DNA from: an uncultured Methanosarcinaceae archaeon
GTDB lineage: Archaea > Halobacteriota > Methanosarcinia > Methanosarcinales > Methanosarcinaceae
Assembly: GCA_963721455.1 (NCBI GenBank)
Contig: CAVRJG010000019.1
Location: 90,091 to 154,090, forward strand
DNA: 64,000 nt
Direction of reading: 5' to 3'
Positions 21,861 through 31,956 of this stretch are shown here, piece after piece. Each line of letters starts with the position of its first letter. The stretch's first letter is position 1. The position numbers and the translations under genes were made by a program. The notes beneath the pieces are model-generated. The model was given only the letters and a program-made list of their open reading frames with translations. It was not told the DNA's origin and made no database searches.

Positions 21861-22880
21861 ATGGCAGATCCAGACCTGAAAGACCGTTTTCTGAATACCC
21901 TGACGGGAAAAGCTGTGGATAAAGTGCCGGCTCTTTCGGTTACCCAGACCGGGACCTTGGAACTCATGAAAGAGAGTGGAGCAGCCTGGCCTGAGGCTCA
22001 CTTTGATGCGGAGAAAATGGCTGCTCTTGCCCTTTCAGCCCATACCTTTGCAGGCCTGGAAGCCGTACGCTACCCTTTCTGCCTCACCGTACTCTCGGAA
22101 GCCATGGGATGCAGGATTAATCAGGGAAGGCACGATATCCAGCCTTCTCCAGAGTCTCACCCTTTTGCAGAGGAGCCGGAAAAGCTGGAGCTCCTGCCCG
22201 ACCTTACGGAAAGGGGAAGAATACCAATGATTCTTGATGTGACTTCCATCCTGAGGAAAAAAGTAGGAGAAGAAGTTCCACTTATAGCAGGTATGGAAGG
22301 CCCCGCCTCCCTTGCTTCAAGATTGATTGGTACATACAATTTTCTTACCTGGACACTTAGAAGGCCCGAAACATTAAAAGAATGCCTTGAAGTCACAGGA
22401 GCAGTCTGTTCCAGATACACAGAAATGCTTTACGAAGCCGGAGCCGATGCTGTCTGCATAGTTGATGGGATCTCAGGACCTGATATGCTCGATCCGAAAG
22501 ACTTTGATATCTTTATGAAGCTTGAATATGAAAAGCTCTGCAGAGCCGGAAAAGGAATAAAGCTCATACATATCTGTGGGAACTCGACCCCTATCCTCAA
22601 ATCTATTTCAGAGTGTGGTTTTCAAGGAATAAGCATAGAAGAAAAAGTAACTGACCTGCAGGCTGCAAAAAAACTTGTCAGGAGAAAAACGAGCCTTATA
22701 GGAAACCTTTCCTCTTCAGGGGTAATGCTAACCGGAACCTGCGAAGAGATAAAAGCTGAGGCAAGGAAATGCCTGGAAAGAGGAATTGACATTCTTGCCC
22801 CAGGCTGTGGGATTGCCCCAAAGACCCCTATCAAAAACTTAAGGGCACTTGTTGAAGCAAGAGACGCGTATTATAAATGA
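21861..22880 (+). CDS. mtaA: Methylcobamide:CoM methyltransferase (MtaA/MtbA family)
   Basis: SVTQTGT, WPEAH, YPFCLTVLSEAMG, HICG and APGCG Zn motifs. Confidence 0.85.
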   Translation: MADPDLKDRFLNTLTGKAVDKVPALSVTQTGTLELMKESGAAWPEAHFDAEKMAALALSAHTFAGLEAVRYPFCLTVLSEAMGCRINQGRHDIQPSPESHPFAEEPEKLELLPDLTERGRIPMILDVTSILRKKVGEEVPLIAGMEGPASLASRLIGTYNFLTWTLRRPETLKECLEVTGAVCSRYTEMLYEAGADAVCIVDGISGPDMLDPKDFDIFMKLEYEKLCRAGKGIKLIHICGNSTPILKSISECGFQGISIEEKVTDLQAAKKLVRRKTSLIGNLSSSGVMLTGTCEEIKAEARKCLERGIDILAPGCGIAPKTPIKNLRALVEARDAYYK

Positions 22881-23233
22881 CATTACCAAAAAGTCAGAAT
22901 TTTTTATTTTCATATTCTTTTTTTATACAGGTTACTGAGAAATACTATTTATATGTCGGAAAGAAGGGACTAAGGAAATCACCCCTCGGAAAAAATCAAG
23001 GCCCTCTCAAAAATCAGTACCCCTACTAAAATCAAGACCCTTCACGATAAGCCCAGAATTATGTTATATACATTTAAGACTAAAATATAGTTAAAAACGA
23101 ATTAAATAATCGTGAAAACGCTGTGCAGCTCATTTCACTGTTTGGATTATATCCAGTTTATTACAGCCTGATATAACGGATAGGCTCCAATTATTTTTTT
23201 CAATTTTTAATTGCGGCATGTGGAGTGAGAAAA

Positions 23234-24897
23234 ATGTACGGGATTGCACTTGACTTAGGAACCAGCGGCTTTAGAGCGCAGCTTATAGACCTTGAAACAA
23301 AAAAAGTATTAAGAACCGCAATGACGGTGAGACATCCCCTTCCCGGGGGCAATGTAATCGACCACCTGGACTTTGCCCTTGAAGTAGGGGAAGATATTGC
23401 AAACGATATCATACTGGACGCGGTAAAGAAAATAATAGAAACCCTTGATGTAGAACCTGCCTGCATCCGGAAACTGGTGGTATGCGGAAACCCTATCCAG
23501 CTTTCCCTTTTCCAGAACTCGGAAATCAGGGACCTTGCCTTTGCCGGAAAGAACATGCAAAAAAGGCTTGGAGTAGAAAACGTGGACAGGAGCGCAAGGG
23601 TCTTTCCGGCATCTGAACTTTTCAACGGCATTCTGGACCTTCTAACTGTGAGATCACCTTACCCCCTGCAATTGCCCACGAGATAGGAGCAGATGCCCTG
23701 GCAATGATGATAGAAACCGATTTCCTGAACCAGGAAGAAGTCTCTATTGTCACGGATTATGGCACGAATGCAGAAATTGCAGTAAAGGTTGGAGACAGGA
23801 TTATTACGGGAAGTGCAGCTGCAGGGCCCGCCATTGAGGGACAGGGAATAAGCTGCGGAATGATTGCAAGTCCGGGTGCTATTTCGGACGTAAACCCCGA
23901 AGGGGAATACTGGCGGCTTGCGGTACTGAACGAAAATATGGAAAGCAAAGTAGGAGCCCTTGTAAACCCGATTACAGGAGAAATAATTGAGAAAGGGGAA
24001 ATAGAAGCCGTAGGGATTACAGGCACAGGTGTAATTGCAATTATTGCCGTTTCCATGGAAACGGGCTTGATGGAACAGCCCCCTAAACTGCCCAATGGAA
24101 GGTTAATCCTGGGAAGGAACATAGAAATCACTGAAGAAGATATTTCCGAAGCAGGAAAAGCCATAGGGGCAATACGTGCGGCACAGCTGACTCTTCTTCT
24201 GGAAGCAGGGGTCTCCTTCGAAGCTCTCGAAAATGTATACATGTCCGGAGCCTCAGGGACATACGTAGATTGCAGAAAAGCCAGGAAAATCGGCTCCTGT
24301 CCTGATTTCTCAAGAAAAACCGTACAGTTTGGAAACACTTCCATGGCCCTTGCGAAGGAAATTGTCCTGGATCAGTCCAGGCTTGAAGAAGTTATTGCCC
24401 TTGCAGGGACTATAAAAGCCGACCATCTGATGATGGCAACCAGCGAGACCTTTAAGAACATCTATACCTGCGAACTTTCCTACTGGACTGAGGGCATGAA
24501 CATGAAATTGTACAAAAAGTTCATGAAAATGTACAAATATCCGCCTCTCCCGGAGCCGGTAGAGAATGCTGTTATGGAAAAAAGGGCAGCCAGAGATATA
24601 GAGGAAACAGGCAATGTTCCTGTGGAGATCGTAGAAGATATAGGAATCGCCCTTGAAGTCCCTGTGGAACACTGCCTTGACTGCAGGCGATGCAACGAGG
24701 AGTGTCCGGAAAATGCCCTTGTGATCGTTGAGAAAGAAGGGAGCTATTTTGTAAGCTGCAGTACCCAGGACTGCCTCGGAACTAGCTGCAGACGCTGTGC
24801 CCGGGCGTGTCCGATAAAGGCAATAGACTTCAAGAACATTGCAGCTCGGAGTATAAACGGACTTCAGAGAGATAGCATGACAGGCGGAATTTACTGA
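23234..24897 (+). CDS. Corrinoid reductive activase (RamA family); frameshift near 23,642
   Basis: ALDLGTSGFR, RHPLPGGN, DYGTNAE, SAAAGPAIEG; C-terminal CxxCxxCxxxCP and CLGTSCRRCARACP Fe-S motifs. Confidence 0.88.
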
Positions 24898-24942
24898 GAG
24901 AAAATAATTAAAACCACATACCAACTAGCAGGGTCTTCGAAA

Positions 24943-25308
24943 ATGACAAAAATAAGCGTATCTTCCAACTTCTGCGGTTTAATCCATACGGTAATGGGGA
25001 GGATTGAAGGAGACAGGATCATCATAGAAATTGACACCCCATGTGAAAAATTCAGAGAATTCACCTGCCTGGAATTTCCCCTTCGGGAACTGCCAGATAA
25101 TCAGAAAAATATAACTCTGGAGATGGAAAAACAAATTAACTGTTCCTTTGAGTGCACCAGGGAATGTGCTCTGGACTGTACTAGAAAATGCCTGATTCCT
25201 CCTGCAGTGTTCAATGTGTGCAGTACAGAAAAGAGGCTGGCAGAAGCAAAGCTCGTAAATACCCCTGTTCTTGAAGTTACTGAGTATACGGTTTCAGAGT
25301 TCCAGTGA
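24943..25308 (+). CDS. Small Cys-rich hypothetical protein
   Basis: 121-aa ORF directly after the activase; NFCG, TPC, CSFECTRECALDCTRKCLIPP..C. Confidence 0.7.
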   Translation: MTKISVSSNFCGLIHTVMGRIEGDRIIIEIDTPCEKFREFTCLEFPLRELPDNQKNITLEMEKQINCSFECTRECALDCTRKCLIPPAVFNVCSTEKRLAEAKLVNTPVLEVTEYTVSEFQ

Positions 25309-25497
25309 CTGCTGATGAGGAGGTTCCCACATGACCCTCCATCGTTTCTTATTTAAATTCGGCCCTCATTTAATTTTGTGACTGATATTATTAAAATAAG
25401 TTGTTTACTTTTTTATTTTCCTCAAAATCCTTTTCTTTACCTTCGGTAAGAAGGTCATTAGAAAACAAAGTGATGGGAGTGAGTTATCGAAAACTGT

Positions 25498-25893
25498 ATG
25501 CACAAGAATCTCTCTACATTTTCCTCAAATACGGGGGATATACTCGTTTTTTCAGAACTGATCAATAACCCACGGACAAAATCCAAGATTACTTACACAA
25601 GGGCTAATTCAGATTTAATCGAACAATTACAAGATAGACTAAGAGCTAAAAGTTTCAGACTTCAGGAAAAGGGCAGTATAAAGCTTGCATATATTCAAAC
25701 TTGCATATAATCGGGTCTTTATTTAAGTATTATAAGTTCAAACCCCATACTTAAGGATTTGGAACTTGACGAAATAAAGGAGAGACTTGAGGCGCCGGAA
25801 AGCATACAAGCTGGAAACCTGGAATCCATAATGGTTTATAACCCGAATTTTGAAGATCAATACAAGTATGAAGAGGAAACAGGGAGCCTGTGA
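25498..25893 (+). pseudogene. Degraded small coiled-coil gene of a mobile-element remnant
   Basis: LIEQLQDRLRAKSFR..IKLAY followed after a stop by LKDLELDEIKERLE-like coding sequence. Confidence 0.4.
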
Positions 25894-26069
25894 GATGGTA
25901 ACAGCAGCAACTCTTCTTAGAAGGATTGAAGCTCTTGAGCAGAGCCCAGGAGTTCAGAATATTCTATTTAACCGAAGACGGAGATTCTGAGGAAACCGTT
26001 AGAGCCTGGCAGCAGGCACACCCGTGGAGGCGGGCACATGTTATAGTCTTCCGAGAAATTTAAGGAAGA

Positions 26070-26492
26070 TTGAATATATATAGACCGGCGGCGTCCAGAA
26101 TGTATAGAGGTTTTAACATATCCGAAATTATTAAAACCGGCATGAGTGAAGCACAGAAGAAGTGGCGGCACGAATTTGACCCGAAATGGGTCGACCCGGA
26201 TAACATGACCGAGGAAGAGTATAGCGCGGCAATGGATAAAATGTGGCCCAGGCTTGCAGAGCCGGACGATGAAGGTTTTGATTTAAACCCGGAGGACCCA
26301 CGGCGGCGGTTTTGCGCGACATCCGAAGGCGTAATATTTAGCAAGGCGTCACCTGTAACGGAGGAGGAAAAGGCCCTGGTCGAGCGTATGTGGGAGGCCA
26401 TAACCGGCGGGGATTACAGCCCGGCAATTCAAGAAGAAAAAAGGAAGCAAAAAAAGGCAGGAAAAAAAAGGAATTTGGACAGCACAGTTTAA
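26070..26492 (+). CDS. Hypothetical acidic protein in accessory region (start uncertain)
   Basis: 140-aa ORF with protein-like composition, more GC-rich than its flanks. Confidence 0.5.
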   Translation: MNIYRPAASRMYRGFNISEIIKTGMSEAQKKWRHEFDPKWVDPDNMTEEEYSAAMDKMWPRLAEPDDEGFDLNPEDPRRRFCATSEGVIFSKASPVTEEEKALVERMWEAITGGDYSPAIQEEKRKQKKAGKKRNLDSTV

Positions 26493-27287
26493 AAAAATAG
26501 ATAGAATGTCACCCAAATTTCTACCAGAGCTTTTTATTTTTCGTATTCTCGGGAAGCAGCTTAATGTTTAGCCTGCCGTTCTTCTGGATCAGGCTTTGAA
26601 ATAGACCGCCTGCTTACGAATATAATTAAACCTATCTTTTCGATATCTTTAAGAATGGACTCAATTTTACAAGTAAAAGTAAAGTTATAGTCAAACCATT
26701 GTAGAAATTAGAAAAAATAATTGAATAAATTGGTAATACCAGACACCATAAACAATAAAATGTGCCTAAAAGCAAAGACATTATTAAAAAACAGAACTGG
26801 ACAAAATAAAGAACGAAGTATTCTCATCTATAATCTTTGACCGGAGCCGGGGGAATGCAATTAAAAGAAGTATTACTAAGACTGCAAATAATACAAATTG
26901 ACGTACTGGATCAACTGGAAAAAAAGGTAATAATTCAAATGGGTCTGAGATTTCAGCATCTCCTTAATATTCATCAATATGTTATCCTCAAAAATAGTGC
27001 AAATACTTTTCTATTTCTGTTAGAATCTTAGTAAGTTATTATTAGTGATTTTTCAGGTTATATATTATTTCTTAGAAGAAAGGCCGCCAGCCCAGACGTG
27101 GTGCCGAATCCAGCACCACGATAACCGACCATATTTCGGATATTATGTGCTAAGCCGCTTCTAGCATATCCCCTTCTCGCATGGGGTATCTTATCTGCGC
27201 TACCTGTATGCGAGCTGTCTTTTTGTGATTATGTTTTTATAGTACTCTGTACTATTTTTTAGTGTGTTTCTGAATGATTTAATTGGT

Positions 27288-27377
27288 ATGTCCTGGACTG
27301 AGTTCTTTATTTTGCTTATCATCGCTGCTATTTTTACTGTTGTTTGTTGGCTTGCTATGCGTAAGTTGATTAATTGA
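27288..27377 (+). CDS. Putative 29-aa single-TM peptide MSWTEFFILLIIAAIFTVVCWLAMRKLIN
   Basis: Hand-translated ATG..TGA; hydrophobic core with basic tail. Confidence 0.35.
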   Translation: MSWTEFFILLIIAAIFTVVCWLAMRKLIN

Positions 27378-27937
27378 TAAGAAATTTTAATTTGTAATTG
27401 TGTTTTTTGTTGTTGTGCAGGTTTTACGTTATAATCAAATTTTTGTGTTTAGGCAATACATAGGTTTTGTAATAAAACTACTGTATTTTCTCTGTTTCAG
27501 CTGGAATTTTATAATATTTTTGACTTAAATTCAGGAAAAAAGCAGAGGTTTTATTAAAGTCAATATAGCAACAAAATTCTAAAATGTAGCTATTCACCTG
27601 GGCGACAATAAATCTCTCTCATTGCTTTACTGATAGAGCTGATCCCAAAACTCAAAATTGGTCTCTCAAAGCTTAAATTCTGAATAATCAATAGAGTTTC
27701 TGCTCATGAAAAAACTCTGAAAATCCTTATTGATATAAGGATAAAATCGGTTTTGGATGAACTATACGAAACATATTCTTATAATTATATATGCAAATTA
27801 TTATATTACTAGATTAAGATACTGTATAAGGGGGGAATTGTAAGTAGTGGTTTAAAATGAAGATATGGCTACTGCAGGTTTTTCCCTCATCAATAACGGC
27901 ATAAAAAAGATAGTGAAAAACCGGAGAGTGTAGATAT

Positions 27938-28468
27938 ATGAAAAGCAAAATCAAAAGAACAATAGGTATTTTGATGGCATTTTGTTTCGTACTGTCAATC
28001 ACAGCTGCAGTAGTAAGCGCGGATCAAGCAGCATACGATCAAGGATACAAAGACGGCTACAGTGCCGGCTACAAAGAAGGCTTTGAACAGTGTAAAAAAG
28101 ACCAGCCAGCAACACCGAGTCATAATGTGTACCATAAATTGACTACAAGCGACTATGATGAAGGCTACAGTGCCGGCTACAATACCGGCTTCCAGAACGG
28201 CTACAACGCCTGCGGACCTAATCCTGTAGCTGATTTTTCTGCATCGCCTACCTCTGGGAAAGCTCCACTGAAGGTAACGTTTGTTGACCAGAGTACAGAA
28301 AATCCAGTTAAATGGAGTTGGGATTTTGGTGACGGACAAACTTCAATAGACCAGAATCCAACACATACATATGTATCAGCCGGAACTTATACAGTCAAAT
28401 TAACAGTAAAGAATAAGACTGGCAGTGACACTGTTACCCACTATGACTATATTAAAGTGAAACCCTAA
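27938..28468 (+). CDS. Secreted PKD-domain protein with GYxxGY repeats
   Basis: Signal peptide, two YDxGY..GY..GF..C blocks, PKD motif WSWDFGDG..PTHTY..AGTYTVKLTV. Confidence 0.85.
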   Translation: MKSKIKRTIGILMAFCFVLSITAAVVSADQAAYDQGYKDGYSAGYKEGFEQCKKDQPATPSHNVYHKLTTSDYDEGYSAGYNTGFQNGYNACGPNPVADFSASPTSGKAPLKVTFVDQSTENPVKWSWDFGDGQTSIDQNPTHTYVSAGTYTVKLTVKNKTGSDTVTHYDYIKVKP

Positions 28469-28750
28469 AATCATTTCGACCTACTGTCTCAAATTGTGCC
28501 ATCAGTTGTGACGGAATCCGGAAAGTTGGGGATGACGGATATCTCGGCGATATTGTGTATCAAGCTAAAGAAGAGAACTAAAACAGTCGTTAGAAATTGA
28601 GATATCTTTTTTATTTCCTCGATTCTTCAACAATTTTATTTTTTTTCGGTTTTTTTACACTGTAACTTTTCTAAACTCGGTAATTCCTGTGACTATAGGA
28701 TGCATGGTATTTGACCGATTATCCCACGAGTAAATGCAAAAACATTTTTA

Positions 28751-29148
28751 CTAGCCATACAGTGGGCACAGAAAAAGCGCCTTGTGGTATCGCTTTTTTA
28801 CTGATTGCGAAAACATGGAAAAAGACCTGAAAAAGGGCTCACTTAACACATGTTCTTTAGTGAGTTAATAAAATGGGGAAGATTTACAAAATATAGACGG
28901 AATGAACACAGAAACAAGAAAGAAACATGCAAAAATGAGCCATGAACAGGAAAGCTTTAATTAATTAAAGGGATTCCGAACTGCAATACCGAAAAAGTTA
29001 GCATAGTTACTCAAAACTGTAGGGTTAACTGTATTCTTGTATTTTAGAGGCTTAAAAATTCTTAACTCGCTATTCATAGAAAGGGGAACACAGAAGAGAA
29101 TAGAGATTAATTCTCGGGCTCTCTGTTGAACGTTTAGGATATGGCTAG
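28751..29148. mobile_element. Candidate ~400-bp MITE with CTAGCCATA terminal inverted repeats, flanked by TA
   Basis: TTTACTAGCCATA (28747-28759) and TATGGCTAGTAAA (29140-29152) are exact inverted copies. Confidence 0.4.
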
Positions 29149-29297
29149 TAAATCATAAGAGGCATTTTAAAAGCATCTTAAACTGTCTTAAAATAAGAGA
29201 AAAAAATAGAACCTGTAGATGTATGAGAGCTTGAAGTTCCAGATACCAAGTATTTAGGACAAAATAGAGTTAAAAGTGCTTTGAAAAAAGAATCAAG

Positions 29298-29408
29298 TGC
29301 CCGGAGCGTGACTCGAACACGCGACCTCCAGATGTCTCAGGAGATTAACGACGCCTCATATAAAAGTCCCTATGAGTCTGGCGCCCCAACCGACTAGGCT
29401 ATCCGGGC
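29298..29408 (-). tRNA. tRNA-Met(CAT) with ~37-nt anticodon-loop intron
   Basis: GCCCGGA acceptor stem, CCAGA-CTCATA|intron|A-TCTGG anticodon arm, GCGTGTTCGAGTCACGC T arm. Confidence 0.93.
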
Positions 29409-29915
29409 TTGCAACACACAAATGTACAAAGATATATTAAAGGGTAACGATCGGAAGATGGAAAAACCGGGGTTTTTCGTAAATATTTACATGAAGTATA
29501 CGACCTGAAAATGAGAGAGGCGAATGTACCGGGAATCTGAAGATATGAAAGACATCAGTAAACACGTTATGTTACCTCTAACATAATAGGGTAATATATA
29601 ATAAAAGGAAATTATTGGGATATAGTCCATATAGCAAACATATATATAATATCGAATAAATATAAATAAGCTTTAAGACTGATTTTTAAAAACAGGAAAC
29701 GCAGGAAACCACATCAATAGAAGCTTCGACCAGTAACATACGACAGTGAAATATGGTATCGAAGACCGAAAATAAAAATACGTCTGAATAAATATATAAA
29801 CCAAGGAATTATAATATAAGCGAAATAGATCTCCAGTTAAAAGAGCTTATGGAGTGTCCATTTTCATACAAGCCAGCCCCTTCAGGCTTAAAGCATTCTT
29901 AACAGAGATGCTTCT

Positions 29916-29965
29916 GATTGCATTCCAGATAAATCAAGTCGATTGCATTCCTGATAAATCAAGTC
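29916..29965 (+). repeat. 25-bp tandem duplication GATTGCATTCCWGATAAATCAAGTC upstream of fwdD
   Basis: Two adjacent copies with one mismatch. Confidence 0.85.
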
Positions 29966-30196
29966 TTCACATGTCAACTCCCGTATTCCATTCATACATA
30001 ATCATAACCCCAGGTTTTCTAAATTAATAATACCTCTCAAAACAGCTAGTGGCCTCAGATTAACAAAATGCCCTGGGCAGGACACATACATTTCCTGACT
30101 CAGAGGGCGTTGGAGAGCGGAAATCTGATAATAATATTCACAAAAATGATCCAGCTTACTGAGATACCTGGATTAGATCCCAGATGAGGAATTCCA

Positions 30197-30580
30197 ATGA
30201 AAATAAAAGCAAATCTCATATCCGGAAGGACCGCTGACCAGGGCGCACATCTGGAAGCAAAGACGCATAAAGGCTATTTTGATGCCTGTGCTTACTGCGA
30301 ACTTAGCCCCGCAGACCTTGAGATGGTCGGTGCCTCCGAGGGGGATAGCCTGAAGGTTACCACCGAATTTGGGGAAGTGGTGGTATTTGCAAAAGCAAAC
30401 GAAGGAAACCCTGACGGCCTTGCCTTTATCCCGATGGGACCCTGGGCAAATGCAGTGCTTAGTCCTGACACACACGGCTGCGGAATGCCTGGATTCAAAG
30501 GCGTTCCTGCAGAAATTGAGGTCACGGATGAAAAGCCGCTGGACATGAAGTCCCTGATGAAGAAGTACAGGGAAGATTAA
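30197..30580 (+). CDS. fwdD: Formylmethanofuran dehydrogenase subunit D
   Basis: SGRTADQG, FIPMGPWAN, GMPGFKG. Confidence 0.92.
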   Translation: MKIKANLISGRTADQGAHLEAKTHKGYFDACAYCELSPADLEMVGASEGDSLKVTTEFGEVVVFAKANEGNPDGLAFIPMGPWANAVLSPDTHGCGMPGFKGVPAEIEVTDEKPLDMKSLMKKYRED

Positions 30581-30651
30581 AGTCCAGTAAAGCAAAAGAT
30601 TCACATTTTCACTCAGATCCGGGGAAATTTGAAAAATTCGGAGGAAAAAAT

Positions 30652-31956
30652 ATGCCAGTAATTAAAGACGCAGTGTGTTCCTTTTGCGGGTCCCTCTGCG
30701 ACGATATCACAGTCACTGTTGAGGACAATAAGATCACAAAAATAGAAAATGCCTGCATCCTCGGGCACAGCAAGTTTGTCGGCATGTTTGAGCATGACAG
30801 GATAGAAACCCCCATGATCAGGAAGGAAGGGGAACTTGTGCCGGTCTCTTACGAGGAAGCGATTGAAGCTGCCGCAAAAATTCTTGTAAATTCCAGGAGA
30901 ACTCTTTCTTACGGCTGGTGCTCTACTTCCTGTGAAGCGGTCAGCGGAGCTATCCAGCTTGCTGAAGAAACAGGCTCAGTTATTGATTCTACAGCAAATG
31001 TCTGCCATGGGCCAACAGCCCTTGCTGCCCAGGAGAAAGGGTCTCCTTCAGCCACTCTTGGAGAGATAAAGAACAGGGCAGACGTAATCATATTCTGGGG
31101 CTGCAATCCGGTGCATGCCCATCCAAGGCATATGGTCCGTTACTCAAGCTTTTCAAAAGGCCTCTTTACCGAGAAGGGACGGAAAGGCAGAAAGATGGTA
31201 GTTGTTGATGTCAGAAAAACTGACACTGCAAAATTGGCTGACAAGTATGTGGAGATTGAACAGGGCTCAGATCTGCTCCTTGTTACTGCGCTTCGTTCAA
31301 TTATAAACGGGCACGAAGATGTTGTTCCGGAAACAGTTGCAGGCGTCCCTAAGATTGAAGTTATTGAGCTTGCAGAGACTCTAAAAAATGCAAAATTCGT
31401 CTGCATTTTCTTCGGTATGGGAGTCACCCAATCCCGCTCTAAATACAAGAACGGAGACGCTATGTCTTCCCTGATCTCAGATCTTAACCAGCATACAAAA
31501 GCTGTTATGATCGGAATGCGCGGGCACTATAACGTTACCGGTTTCGGACAGGTGGCAACCTGGGAGACCGGCTTCCCTATGGCAATCGACTTTGCCAGAG
31601 GATACCCATATTATAATCCAGGGGAAACCGGGGCAAACGACCTGCTTGTGCGTGAAGAACCGGATGCTGCAATTATATCCGCAGCTGATCCGGGAGCTCA
31701 TTTTCCGCAAAAAGCTGTCAGGCATCTTGCAAGAATTCCTGTAATTCAGATTGACCCGTATGCCAACCCCACAACCGAAATTGCAGATGTGGTTATTCCG
31801 GCAGCTGTTGTAGGAATAGAAGCCGAGGGAACGGCTTACCGTATGGACGCAATTTCTCTGCGCATGAAGAAGTTGATCGATTCGAAATTCAAGACCGACG
31901 AAGAAATCGTAAAAGACCTGGCTGCAAAGGTCAGGGAACTGAAGAGAGGTGCATGA
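30652..31956 (+). CDS. fwdB: Formylmethanofuran dehydrogenase subunit B (Cys form)
   Basis: CSFCGSLCDD, VCHGP, HAHPRH, MRGHYNV, GTAYRMD. Confidence 0.95.
   Translation: MPVIKDAVCSFCGSLCDDITVTVEDNKITKIENACILGHSKFVGMFEHDRIETPMIRKEGELVPVSYEEAIEAAAKILVNSRRTLSYGWCSTSCEAVSGAIQLAEETGSVIDSTANVCHGPTALAAQEKGSPSATLGEIKNRADVIIFWGCNPVHAHPRHMVRYSSFSKGLFTEKGRKGRKMVVVDVRKTDTAKLADKYVEIEQGSDLLLVTALRSIINGHEDVVPETVAGVPKIEVIELAETLKNAKFVCIFFGMGVTQSRSKYKNGDAMSSLISDLNQHTKAVMIGMRGHYNVTGFGQVATWETGFPMAIDFARGYPYYNPGETGANDLLVREEPDAAIISAADPGAHFPQKAVRHLARIPVIQIDPYANPTTEIADVVIPAAVVGIEAEGTAYRMDAISLRMKKLIDSKFKTDEEIVKDLAAKVRELKRGA

Noticed and set aside
29916-29965. CRISPR-like repeats (also 21761-21796 and 34505-34680)
   Set aside because: Adjacent copies without spacers; no cas genes.
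30652-31956. Selenocysteine in FwdB
   Set aside because: The active-site position is Cys (VCHGP) and the ORF is uninterrupted.
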